From positions 10,459 through 74,458 of the forward strand of contig PSLI01000003.1 of the NCBI GenBank assembly GCA_040289515.1: a stretch of DNA of 64,000 bases, written 5' to 3'. Shown here one piece after another: positions 53,299 through 61,733 of the stretch (position 1 is the stretch's first letter; the number at the start of each line of letters is the position of its first letter). The position numbers and the translations under genes are program-made. The notes under the pieces are model-generated. The model saw only the letters and a program-made list of their open reading frames with translations, was not told the origin of the DNA and did no database searches. The stretch is from Candidatus Sysuimicrobiota bacterium (lineage in GTDB: Bacteria > Sysuimicrobiota > Sysuimicrobiia > Sysuimicrobiales > Sysuimicrobiaceae).

Positions 53299-54225
53299 CT
53301 AGCGTCGGAGCAGGTTGCGAAGCACGAACCCCACGTTCGCGGGCCGCTCTGCCAGGCGCCGCATGAAGTACCGATACCAGTCGGGCCCGAAGGGAGTGGC
53401 CACCAGCACCCGGTAACCGCGAGCCAGCAGGTCGGCCTGCAGGCCCGGGCGCACGCCGTACAGCATCTGGAACTGAAAGGCCTGCGGCGGAATCCCATGT
53501 CGGCGCGTAAACCGCATGGCGTGCGCGTGCAGACGCTCGTCGTGGGTGGCTACGGCCACCCGGCAGCCGCCCAGGAAGGCGGTCTCCAGCAGCCGCACGT
53601 AGTTGCGATCCACGTCCGCCTTGCGGGGGAAAGCAACGGTCGGCGGCTCGAGGTAGGCACCCTTCACGATGCGCACGTCAGGTTGGAGGGGTAAAAGCGC
53701 CCGCAGATCCTCCTCGCTGCGGTACAGGTAGCTCTGCAGCACCACCCCTACGTTGTCGTAGCCTTCGCCCCGCAGGCGGCGGTAGATGCGCAGGGTGGCG
53801 TCCACCCGCCACGACTCCTCCATGTCGGTGCGCACGAGCCGGCCCGTGCGCGCGGCGCGGTCCACCAGACCCCGCAGGGTCCGGTAGGCCAGCTCCTCCC
53901 CGAGGTCCAGGCCCAGCTGGCTCAGCTTCACCGACAGGTACGTGCGCAGCCGCTCCCGTTCCAGACGGTCCAGCACCTGCCGGTACGCCTCGGCCACCCG
54001 GGCCACCTCTTTTTCGTCCGCCACCCGCTCACCGAGGAGCGTGGTGTTGGTGAGAAAGCCGCGGTCCTCCAGGGAGCGCAACACCCGGACGCATTCGTCC
54101 AGGGTCACACCGGCCACGAACCGGGCAGCACCCAACCGGAGCCCGTGCCGCTGGACGAACCCCGCTACGGAGGGGTGCTCGGCCGCCCGGAGGATGAAGG
54201 ATCGGCTGACCGCCTGCAGATTCAC
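53299..54225 (-). CDS. Proline dehydrogenase
   Basis: (M/V)NLQAVSRSFILRAAEHPSVAGFVQRHGLRLGAARFVAGVTLDEC... monofunctional PutA-type ProDH TIM barrel; GTG start 54225 preceded by GGAGGG. Confidence 0.85.
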   Translation of the reverse strand: MNLQAVSRSFILRAAEHPSVAGFVQRHGLRLGAARFVAGVTLDECVRVLRSLEDRGFLTNTTLLGERVADEKEVARVAEAYRQVLDRLERERLRTYLSVKLSQLGLDLGEELAYRTLRGLVDRAARTGRLVRTDMEESWRVDATLRIYRRLRGEGYDNVGVVLQSYLYRSEEDLRALLPLQPDVRIVKGAYLEPPTVAFPRKADVDRNYVRLLETAFLGGCRVAVATHDERLHAHAMRFTRRHGIPPQAFQFQMLYGVRPGLQADLLARGYRVLVATPFGPDWYRYFMRRLAERPANVGFVLRNLLRR

Positions 54226-54329
54226 GACGTCGTTGGGGCCCTCCGGTAACCATGGTAGATGTGCTGGGCTTCGTGCTACGCTATTGGCGAAAACTCGGGC
54301 AGATTCACGACGTCATTGGGGCCGTCCGG
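54216..54329. repeat. Direct repeat: 31-nt copy of the proDH translation start region (29/31 identical) 83 bp upstream of the real start
   Basis: gcagattcacgacgtcgttggggccctccgg (54216-54246, contains the proDH GTG) versus gcagattcacgacgtcattggggccgtccgg (54299-54329). The upstream copy reads, on the minus strand, GTG AAT CTG CCC GAG TTT TCG CCA ATA GCG TAG (a 10-codon uORF, 54276..54308) and has GGACGG in place of the GGAGGG RBS. Confidence 0.7.
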
Positions 54330-54381
54330 CAGGGTGATATCCTTTTAGGGAGTCTGGCATGAAACATGCTCTGAAGCTTCG

Positions 54382-56115
54382 GTGCGCATGGTCCCGGCAG
54401 GACAGGGCAAGTTAGAGACGCTGGTGACTCCGCCGCGCAAGGGGAAGTCCGCGCGCCTGGGGGAGTTGCTGCTGGAGCGGGGGCTGCTGACTGCAGAGCA
54501 GCTGGAGGATGCCCTGGCGGAGCAGCGCCGAACAGGCGAGCTGCTAGGCCGCATCCTGGTGGAGCGGGGTTACGTGTCCAAGCAGGCCCTGGGAGAGGTG
54601 CTGGCGACCCAGAAGGGCTACGAGTACGTAAGCCTGCCGGAGGCCTCCCTGGACGAGGGCCTCGCACACGCCCTGCCGGAGTGGGTGATAGCGCAGTACC
54701 GTGTGATCCCCCTGAGCCGCTCGCAGGACGAAGTTGTGCTGGGAATGGTGGACCCGGGGAACGTGGAGGCCATGGACGTGGCCGCTGCGCACTTCAGGGG
54801 TCAGGTCCGCCCGGTGCTCATCACCGAGGCAGACTTCGACTGGGTCTTCACCCAGATGTTCGGCGCGCGCCACCGTGCTGCTCAAGCCGTCCCGGACCTG
54901 AGCGCACAGCCCGACATCCGGCCCGGCGCGGCGGTGAGCCTGGACGAGGGGGGCGAGGAGACCCCGCTCAAGCGGCTGTTCAACTCCCTCCTGGCGGACG
55001 CCATCCGCAGCGGTGCCACGGACATCCACGTGGAGATGGGCCCCGAAGATGCCGCCGTGCGGTTCCGGGTCGACGGGCTGCTGCGGGAGATGGTGCGCCT
55101 GCCGCACGGCCTGGCTTCCGCCCTCATCTCCCGGGTGAAGGTTCTGAGCGGGATGGACATCGGGGAGCGGGTGCGGCCGCAGGACGGGCGGCTTGTGCTC
55201 ACGTACGGCGGAAGGGAGTACGACGCCCGGGTGGCCACCGTGGGTGCGGCCTTCGGCGAACGGCTGACCGTGCGGTTGCTCAACACGCGCCAGGTGCTGC
55301 TGGGACTCGACCGCCTGGGCCTGGAGCCGGAGCAGCAAAAGCTCCTAGCCGGCCTCCTTTTGCGTCCCTATGGGATGGTGCTGGTCACGGGCCCCACGGG
55401 CAGCGGCAAGACCACCACCCTGTACGCGGCCCTGAGCTGGATCAACGACGGCACGCGGAACATCGTGACCGTGGAGGACCCCGTGGAGTACCGTATGGCG
55501 GGCATCACCCAGATCCCGGTGCGGGAGAAGATGGGGGTGACCTTCGAGGTGGGGCTGCGGGCGCTGCTGCGCCACGACCCGGACGTGATCATGGTGGGCG
55601 AGATCCGGGACCCGGCCACCGCGTCGCTGGCGGTCCACGCGGCCCTCGCCGGGCACCTGGTGCTAACCACCCTGCACACCAACGACGCCCCGAGCGCTCT
55701 GGTGCGTCTGGTGGACATGGGGGTAGAACCGTTCCTTCTGGCGTCCGCGGTAGCCGGGGTGGTGGGGCAAAGGCTGGTGCGGGTGCTGTGTCGTGCGTGC
55801 CGGCGCGCGGGGACCCCGGACCCCGAGGCCAGGAAGCTGTTGGGTTCGCAGGACGGCACCGTGGTGTACCGGCCCGTGGGCTGCCCGGAGTGCGCTCATA
55901 CCGGCTACCGGGGACGTGTGGGCGTGTTTGAGGTTCTGCTAGTGGACGAACCGGTGCGGGAGCGCGTGCTGCAGCGCAGCGCATCCGCAGCCATCGCGCA
56001 GGCCGCCCGGGACGCCGGGATGCAGACCCTGTGGGAGTCCGCGGTGCACAAGGTGCTGGGCGGCTGGACCAGCGTGGACGAGCTGCGCCGCTTAGGAGCA
56101 AAAGGGGCGTTGTAG
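54382..56115 (+). CDS. Type IV pilus / type II secretion assembly ATPase (PilB/GspE/ComGA-like)
   Basis: N-terminal GSPII_E_N-like domain (...LGELLLERGLLTAEQLEDALAEQ...), Walker A GPTGSGKTTT, Asp box, Walker B, tetracysteine CRACRR...CPEC motif. Confidence 0.9.
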   Translation: MRMVPAGQGKLETLVTPPRKGKSARLGELLLERGLLTAEQLEDALAEQRRTGELLGRILVERGYVSKQALGEVLATQKGYEYVSLPEASLDEGLAHALPEWVIAQYRVIPLSRSQDEVVLGMVDPGNVEAMDVAAAHFRGQVRPVLITEADFDWVFTQMFGARHRAAQAVPDLSAQPDIRPGAAVSLDEGGEETPLKRLFNSLLADAIRSGATDIHVEMGPEDAAVRFRVDGLLREMVRLPHGLASALISRVKVLSGMDIGERVRPQDGRLVLTYGGREYDARVATVGAAFGERLTVRLLNTRQVLLGLDRLGLEPEQQKLLAGLLLRPYGMVLVTGPTGSGKTTTLYAALSWINDGTRNIVTVEDPVEYRMAGITQIPVREKMGVTFEVGLRALLRHDPDVIMVGEIRDPATASLAVHAALAGHLVLTTLHTNDAPSALVRLVDMGVEPFLLASAVAGVVGQRLVRVLCRACRRAGTPDPEARKLLGSQDGTVVYRPVGCPECAHTGYRGRVGVFEVLLVDEPVRERVLQRSASAAIAQAARDAGMQTLWESAVHKVLGGWTSVDELRRLGAKGAL

Positions 56116-57303
56116 GTGCCGACCTTCGAGTACGTGGCGCGGGACTCCGCCGGGTGCGTGGTTCGGGGCCGAATCCTGGCCGACGACCCAGGCCAAGCGG
56201 CCGCGGCCTTGCGGGCCCGGGGCCTGTACCTCACTTCCGCGCGGCCTTCGCAGGACCGGTGCACCCAGCAGGCTCTGTCGACAAGCCAGCTCGCGGAGTT
56301 CGCCCACCACATGGCCATCCTTCTGGGTGCGGGCTTCACCGCGTCGGCTGCATTACAGGCCCTGCACGAGCACCTGGAAGACCCCTCCTTGCGAGCCTTC
56401 ACCCGGGCTCTGCAGGAGGAGGTGGAATCGGGCCGGTCTCTATCCAGGAGCCTGCAGCGGGTGGGCGCGAACCTGCCGCCGGTGCTGGTGGGGATCGTGG
56501 AGAGCGGGGAGGCCACCGGGAGGCTGGACCTGGCCTTCGGCCGCGCTAGCGCGTACCTGGAGCGGGAACTGCGCTTCCGCCGCAGGGTGCGCGATTCCCT
56601 CGCCTACCCTGCGGTGGTGCTCGGGGTAGCGGCTCTGGTGGTGACGGCTTTCCTGCTGTACGTGGTCCCGGCCTTCGAAAGGGTCTACCGCGCCGCGGGG
56701 GCCAGCTTGCCTCCCCTGACGCAGGGCCTGCTGGGCGTAAGCCGCGCGGCGCGGTGGCTGGTTCCCCTGGTGGTGGCCACAGGTGCCGTGGGGTTGGTCC
56801 CCTCGGTGCGCCAAAAGGTCGGCTCGCATCTTGCGGGCTTGCTGGGCCCTATGGCGGAGCGCACCCCGCACGTGGGCCGGCTGGTGCGATGCGCGCGCTC
56901 TGTGCGCTTTTTACACAGCCTGGGGATGGCCCTCAGCTCGGGGGTGCCGCTGCTTTCTGCCCTGGAGGTGGCGGTGCGCAGCGCCGGATGCGCCAGGTGG
57001 TTGGAACCCCTCAGGGAGCACGTGCAGCAGGGTGGCAGGCTCAGCGAGGCCCTGCGGGCTACCGGGGAGCTTCCCGCGGTGGCCATCCGGCTGGTGGCGC
57101 TGGGCGAGGAGTCCGGGCAAGTGGGCGAGCTGATGCTGCAGGCCGCCGAGGTGCTTGACCGCGAGTTCGAGTTCCGGGTGCGCCGGCTGCTGCTGGCCCT
57201 GGAGCCCGCGCTGACCGTGGCCCTGGCCGCGGTGGTGGGGGTGCTGCTTTTGGCCCTGTATCTGCCTATTTTTGGCCTGGGTAGGGCAGTGCTGCGGCAC
57301 TAG
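56116..57303 (+). CDS. Type IV pilus / T2SS platform protein (PilC/GspF/ComGB-like)
   Basis: Two T2SF repeats, three TMs; ...LAEFAHHMAILLGAGFTASAALQAL... and ...LHSLGMALSSGVPLLSALEV... Confidence 0.88.
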   Translation: MPTFEYVARDSAGCVVRGRILADDPGQAAAALRARGLYLTSARPSQDRCTQQALSTSQLAEFAHHMAILLGAGFTASAALQALHEHLEDPSLRAFTRALQEEVESGRSLSRSLQRVGANLPPVLVGIVESGEATGRLDLAFGRASAYLERELRFRRRVRDSLAYPAVVLGVAALVVTAFLLYVVPAFERVYRAAGASLPPLTQGLLGVSRAARWLVPLVVATGAVGLVPSVRQKVGSHLAGLLGPMAERTPHVGRLVRCARSVRFLHSLGMALSSGVPLLSALEVAVRSAGCARWLEPLREHVQQGGRLSEALRATGELPAVAIRLVALGEESGQVGELMLQAAEVLDREFEFRVRRLLLALEPALTVALAAVVGVLLLALYLPIFGLGRAVLRH

Positions 57304-57309
57304 ACCGCC

Positions 57310-57324
57310 GGCACAGGAGCTGCT
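57310..57324 (+). promoter_or_regulatory. Sigma-54-like element GGCAC-N5-CTGCT before the second pilin gene
   Basis: cGGCACaggagCTGCT keeps the -24 GG/-12 GC spacing; weaker match than the 16955 element. It lies 6 nt after the pilC stop, so an internal promoter is uncertain. Confidence 0.3.
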
Positions 57325-57367
57325 AAAACTGCGGTATAGAAAAACAGCCGGAAAGGAGGAACGAACC

Positions 57368-57742
57368 GTGCGATACGTGAGGGGCGAATGGGGCATGACG
57401 CTGGTGGAGCTGCTGGTGGTGATCCTCATCCTGGGGATCCTGGCGGCCGTAGCGCTGCCCAACTACTTTGGGGCGGAGAACGACGCGCGCGTGTCGGTGG
57501 ACAAAGCCAATGTCCAGGCGATCAACACCGCGCTTGCGCTGTACCGGTTTCGGAATAACGGGAGGTGTCCCGGCCAGACCGGTCAGCCTACATTCCAGCA
57601 GTTTCTGGACGACACAACGTACTTCCCGGACGGGGCGCCCACCGACCCCATCGACGGGACGAGCACGCTGCCGGGGGACCCTGGCTACACCGACTACCCG
57701 GCCGATTACAACGCAACCAACTGCCGCCTGACCCGGGACTAG
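57368..57742 (+). CDS. Type IV pilin / major pseudopilin (ComGC/PilA-like)
   Basis: VRYVRGEWG|MTLVELLVVILILGILAAVALPNY: class III signal peptide with Gly-1 and Glu+5; 124 aa. Confidence 0.85.
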   Translation: MRYVRGEWGMTLVELLVVILILGILAAVALPNYFGAENDARVSVDKANVQAINTALALYRFRNNGRCPGQTGQPTFQQFLDDTTYFPDGAPTDPIDGTSTLPGDPGYTDYPADYNATNCRLTRD

Positions 57743-57766
57743 CTGCGTGACCCGGCAACCGAAGAG

Positions 57767-58213
57767 ATGAGGGCCAGCGCGGGGCTTTCACTAGTGGAAG
57801 CGCTGAGTGTGCTGGCCCTCCTCGTTGTCCTGCTGGCAGTGGCCGTGCCGCACCTGCCCCCAAGCCCGGAGCTTTCCGCCCGCGCGGTGGCCCGGCAGCT
57901 GGTAGCCGACCTGTACTTGAGCCAGCGGCTTTCGATCGCGCGTGGGGAGGACTACGAGCTGGCGTTTGCCACGCCCCCGCCCTACCAGGCGTACACGGTG
58001 CGCAACGCGCGCACGCAGGTCCCGGAGCCCGACTTCCCCAAGCAGGTCCCGTCGGAAGTACAGGTCACCGGGCCATCGGGAGTGTACTACACGCCGCCGG
58101 AAGGGATGGTAAGGCTACTTGGTGCGGGCCCCATCACGGTTCGCGGGGGGACCCAGACGGTGCTTATCGAGGTTTTAGAGCCCAGCGGCTATGTACGTGT
58201 CACGCCACCCTGA
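57767..58213 (+). CDS. Minor pilin / pseudopilin (FimT/GspH/ComGD-like)
   Basis: MRASAGLSLVEALSVLALLVVLLAVAVP prepilin-type N-terminus. Confidence 0.75.
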   Translation: MRASAGLSLVEALSVLALLVVLLAVAVPHLPPSPELSARAVARQLVADLYLSQRLSIARGEDYELAFATPPPYQAYTVRNARTQVPEPDFPKQVPSEVQVTGPSGVYYTPPEGMVRLLGAGPITVRGGTQTVLIEVLEPSGYVRVTPP

Positions 58214-58229
58214 AGCACAGAGGACGGCG

Positions 58230-58631
58230 GTGGGGCTTGTAGAACGCGGGTTGAGCCTCGTGGAGGTGCTCGCGGCAATGCTCCTGGTGGGCATCGCTCT
58301 TTTGCCCCTGTTCCAGCTATACCCTGTTCTCCTGGGTGCAAGCGGCCAGCGGGATGACCTCACCCTCGTTGGGACCGCGGCCACAAGGCAGATGGAGGCG
58401 CTGGTGGCCGACCTGGTGCGAGGGGCGACCCCTCCCGATCCTCCTGCGGGCGGGGGGGCCTGCGACCCTCCCCCGAACTGCAGGCTTACCTGGCAGGTGA
58501 CGCGTGAGAACTTGTACGGGGCGCAGCTGTGGCGGGTGTGGGTGGAAGCGTGGGTGGACACCAACGGGGATGGCCTGCCCTCCTCGAGCGAGCTGTATGC
58601 CTACCACACGACCCGCGTGTGGAGGAGGTAG
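58230..58631 (+). CDS. Minor pilin / pseudopilin (PilV/ComGE-like)
   Basis: VGLVERG|LSLVEVLAAMLLVGIALLPL prepilin-type N-terminus; start GTG 58230, after the upstream stop at 58213. Confidence 0.7.
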   Translation: MGLVERGLSLVEVLAAMLLVGIALLPLFQLYPVLLGASGQRDDLTLVGTAATRQMEALVADLVRGATPPDPPAGGGACDPPPNCRLTWQVTRENLYGAQLWRVWVEAWVDTNGDGLPSSSELYAYHTTRVWRR

Positions 58632-58634
58632 GCG

Positions 58635-60257
58635 GTGCGGGCGGAAGCGGGCCGCCACGGACAACTGGGGTTCACCTGGACAGAATTGCTGGTGACCCTG
58701 GCCCTGCTAGGCCTGCTGGCCGCAGGTCTGGCGCCGGTACTGTGGATCGGCGTGGAGGGGTACGACGAGGCACGTAGACGGGAGGCGATGTATCGCCAGG
58801 CCCGGCTGGCCCTGGATCGGTTGCTGAGGGATTTGCAAGCTTCTCACAGAGTTCAGACAGGAGGGGAGGACGCATTGGAGATGGACGTGCAGAGCACCTC
58901 CGGACAGGTGCTGCGCGTCCGGTGGGAGCGGGACGCCTCCGACGGGCTACTGTACCGGCGTTCGTTCCCGGTGGAGGGTGTTTTCAGCTGGCGGTACAGC
59001 CGGCAGCTGACGGTACAAACCGGCTCAAGCGCCGTGCCAAAAGGCTACTCGGTTAGCTTCCTCCTGGACCATCGGGCTCTCGTGGCAGCCGGAAAGAGCT
59101 TGACGAGTGGCGATGATGTGCGGGTCTTCTACCGGTTGCCTTCCGGTGTATGGGTGGAGCTCCCCAGGCTCCTCGATCCCCTTTCGGCGTGGGGTACCAC
59201 CGGCACCCGCTTGTGGTTCAAACTGCAGGAGCGCTTACCGGCCAACAGCTCCACGGATCGGTACCAGGTTGTGTACGGGAACCTCAACGCAGCCCCCCCC
59301 GCAGACGAAGAAACCCGTGGCGGGGCAGTATTCCTGGACTACGAGAACGGCCGCGACATTGCCGAGTGGACGCCAAGGCTTGGGTCTTCCGGGGGGACGT
59401 ACCAGGCTACCCCTACAGAGGGCGTGCGGTTCTTCGCCAGCAGCGGCAGCGGGTTGAGGGAGCTTACGCGGCGCATCGCGGACCCAACGAGCAGCGATCC
59501 GAGCCGGGAGCACCGGGACGTGGAGGTGTTCTGGATCTTCCGCAGCGCCGCAGGCAGCTCCTCGGACACCGCGAACCGCCACCTGATGGGGGCGTCCTTG
59601 CGCCGGAGTGATTTGGGTGCGGGGTACCTGGCGACCCCGTTCGAGCGCGTACGAGGAGCCTGGCGCCTGCGCGTGCGGAGAACTACAGGCTGGGGCGACG
59701 TGGGTAGGACTCTGACTACGGGGAGTTTCTCGTACACACCTACCTCGACGTACGCTGCGCGGTTCGACGCGGTCGGCGGTCGTCTGCGGCTGAAGGTGTG
59801 GTCTTTGGGAGATACAGAGCCGGGAGGATTCGCCGCCTGGCCCTGGTGGACGGGAACCCGGTGCACCGTCCTTTCCCCACCGCCTCCCGGAGTTCTGTGT
59901 GTAGAGGACTCTAGCTATGCGTCAGGGCGGCACTACGGCCTGGTAAACGGGTTGAGTGCTACGGCTACGCTCCCCATTGATCAGCGGCACGTGGTGGCTT
60001 TCGTGCGCCTAAAGGTGGAGCCCGAACCGTCCGTCACCGTGGGGCCGGAGGCAACGAACCCGCTCACCGAGGCACCACGCTCGCCCGTGGCGGGCCCATA
60101 CCGTCGGTTCGAATCACAGTGCTACGCCAACGCAAGGGAAGTCCCGTGCGGAGCTAGCGCCCAACTAGTCGCGGTGAGATTGCAGGCCCGCGACCCGGAG
60201 GGCGCTACTCCGGATGTCGCCCTGGAAGGCCAAGCTCGGCTGCGTGTCCAGAGGTGA
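58635..60257 (+). CDS. Large prepilin-type protein (540 aa): class III signal peptide plus ~500-aa Ser/Thr/Gly-rich C-terminal domain of unknown fold (PilY1/tip-adhesin-like position)
   Basis: VRAEAGRHGQLG|FTWTELLVTLALLGLLAAGL, then a long beta-rich region (...GGRLRLKVWSLGDTEPGGFAAWPWW...) with no family I can name; it occupies the ComGF position of a comG-like operon but is 4 times larger. Confidence 0.7.
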   Translation: MRAEAGRHGQLGFTWTELLVTLALLGLLAAGLAPVLWIGVEGYDEARRREAMYRQARLALDRLLRDLQASHRVQTGGEDALEMDVQSTSGQVLRVRWERDASDGLLYRRSFPVEGVFSWRYSRQLTVQTGSSAVPKGYSVSFLLDHRALVAAGKSLTSGDDVRVFYRLPSGVWVELPRLLDPLSAWGTTGTRLWFKLQERLPANSSTDRYQVVYGNLNAAPPADEETRGGAVFLDYENGRDIAEWTPRLGSSGGTYQATPTEGVRFFASSGSGLRELTRRIADPTSSDPSREHRDVEVFWIFRSAAGSSSDTANRHLMGASLRRSDLGAGYLATPFERVRGAWRLRVRRTTGWGDVGRTLTTGSFSYTPTSTYAARFDAVGGRLRLKVWSLGDTEPGGFAAWPWWTGTRCTVLSPPPPGVLCVEDSSYASGRHYGLVNGLSATATLPIDQRHVVAFVRLKVEPEPSVTVGPEATNPLTEAPRSPVAGPYRRFESQCYANAREVPCGASAQLVAVRLQARDPEGATPDVALEGQARLRVQR

Positions 60258-60832
60258 CCGCGATGTCGGAAGTCAAGCCAGGGTCCCCGGCTGGCGAACG
60301 CGGCGTAGCCATGGTGGTGGTCCTCGCGAGCCTTGTGGTTCTGGCGCTGCTGGCTGCGGCCCTCGCTCAGGGGGTGCTGGTGGAGGTGGAGTCCGAGCGG
60401 CTGGTACAACAGGACCAGCGGGCCGCGTACCTGGCAGAGGCCGCGGTGGAACACCAGATCGCGCTCCTGGCCCAGGACCGCACCGCCGGGCGGGTACAGA
60501 TGACACAGCTTGCATCCCCCGCGATGGCAAGCGGGGCCGAGCACCGCTACCAGGTGCAGCGGCTCCGGTGCCTGCCGCACCTCTCCGTCGAGTGCACACC
60601 GCAAGATAGCCCCGGCGAGCGGCGGTGTCAGGCGGCCTCCCCCCAGTGCGGGTGGGGCATCGAAGCGACGGGCGAGATCGCGGTAGACGGTAATGTGGTG
60701 CAGGCGCGGACGCTGTGCGTCGAGGCTGTCCTGCAGTATCCCTCGTCCGGCCAGGCGCTTCCGGTGAAGGTCTGGCGGTGGCTGCGCGCAGCAGGGAGCA
60801 CCTGCCGCATCCCTGAGTGGGACCTGCCGTGA
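60254..60832 (+). CDS. PilX-N-terminal-domain minor pilin (ComGG-like)
   Basis: ...GERGVAMVVVLASLVVLALLAAALAQGVLVEVESERLVQQDQRAAYLAEAAVEHQIALL... PilX_N-type uncleaved hydrophobic N-terminus; 4-nt overlap with the upstream gene. Confidence 0.65.
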   Translation: MTAMSEVKPGSPAGERGVAMVVVLASLVVLALLAAALAQGVLVEVESERLVQQDQRAAYLAEAAVEHQIALLAQDRTAGRVQMTQLASPAMASGAEHRYQVQRLRCLPHLSVECTPQDSPGERRCQAASPQCGWGIEATGEIAVDGNVVQARTLCVEAVLQYPSSGQALPVKVWRWLRAAGSTCRIPEWDLP

Positions 60833-60865
60833 TTCCCCTGGCGTCGCCTGAGCCCCCCAGGTACA

Positions 60866-61333
60866 ATGGCCCTTGCGATGGCCAGTCGGGGTAAGGCACG
60901 ACAGGCTGTTTTGCAGATCCTGTATCAGGCGGAGGTGGGCCGGGTTCGGGTGGAGGACGTGGTGGCCCGCTACGCGGACGGCTGGGTACCTCCGGAGGAC
61001 GGTCCCCCCGAGCCGTGGAGCGAGGAGGATTGGCGTTTTTTGGTGCAGCTGAGCCGGGGGGCGTGGGAAGGCCGGGCGGAAGCGGACGCCCTCATCGAGC
61101 GTTTCTCGGAGGGCTGGCCCGTGGACCGGCTGGCCCGCGTAGACCTGTGCATCCTGCGCATGGCCCTCTACGAGCTGCTGCACTTCGACACGCCTCCCAG
61201 TGTGGTGATCAACGAGGCAGTACGGCTGGCCAAGCGCTACAGCACCGAGCACTCCGGCCGGTTCGTGAACGGGATCCTGGGGCGCGTGTTTCGGGAGGTG
61301 GTGCGGCCCAGGCTGCCCGCTAGCTCCCCCTGA
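60866..61333 (+). CDS. nusB: Transcription antitermination factor NusB
   Basis: ...ARQAVLQILYQAEVG... ...DRLARVDLCILRMALYELLHFDTPPSVVINEAVRLAKRYSTEHSGRFVNGILGRV... Confidence 0.9.
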   Translation: MALAMASRGKARQAVLQILYQAEVGRVRVEDVVARYADGWVPPEDGPPEPWSEEDWRFLVQLSRGAWEGRAEADALIERFSEGWPVDRLARVDLCILRMALYELLHFDTPPSVVINEAVRLAKRYSTEHSGRFVNGILGRVFREVVRPRLPASSP

Positions 61334-61391
61334 AGGCCGTGGCGAACCCTCCTCGCGTCGCAGGTCAGGTGCTAACGTAACCGCGGGAGCC

Positions 61392-61697
61392 ATGCCCGGG
61401 GAAGGCCCTGCACGCGCCCAGCGGACGGTGCGGGCCCGAGCGGTGTTGTCGGGCCGGGTGCAGGGGGTGGGGTTCCGTTTCTTCGCGGAGGACTGGGCTG
61501 CGCGGCTGGGCGTGGGGGGCTACGCCCGCAACCTGCCCGACGGCCGGTTGGAGGTCGTGGCGGAGGGACCGGAGGAAGCGGTGAGGGAGTTCCTGGATGT
61601 AATGCGCCGGGGACCCCGCAGCGCGGTGGTCACCGAGATGCAGCTGCACTGGGAGGAGCCCGCCGGTGAGCGGCACTTCCGAATCCGGTACTCCTAG
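61392..61697 (+). CDS. acyP: Acylphosphatase
   Basis: ...RAVLSGRVQGVGFRFFAEDWAARLGVGGYARNLPDGRLEVVAEGPEEAVREFLDVMRRGP...; conserved V-x-G-x-V-Q-G-V-x-F-R and G-x-V-x-N motifs. Confidence 0.85.
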   Translation: MPGEGPARAQRTVRARAVLSGRVQGVGFRFFAEDWAARLGVGGYARNLPDGRLEVVAEGPEEAVREFLDVMRRGPRSAVVTEMQLHWEEPAGERHFRIRYS

Positions 61698-61733
61698 GAG
61701 GACGGTCCCGGTGCCTCCTTCACGCGGAGGGTC

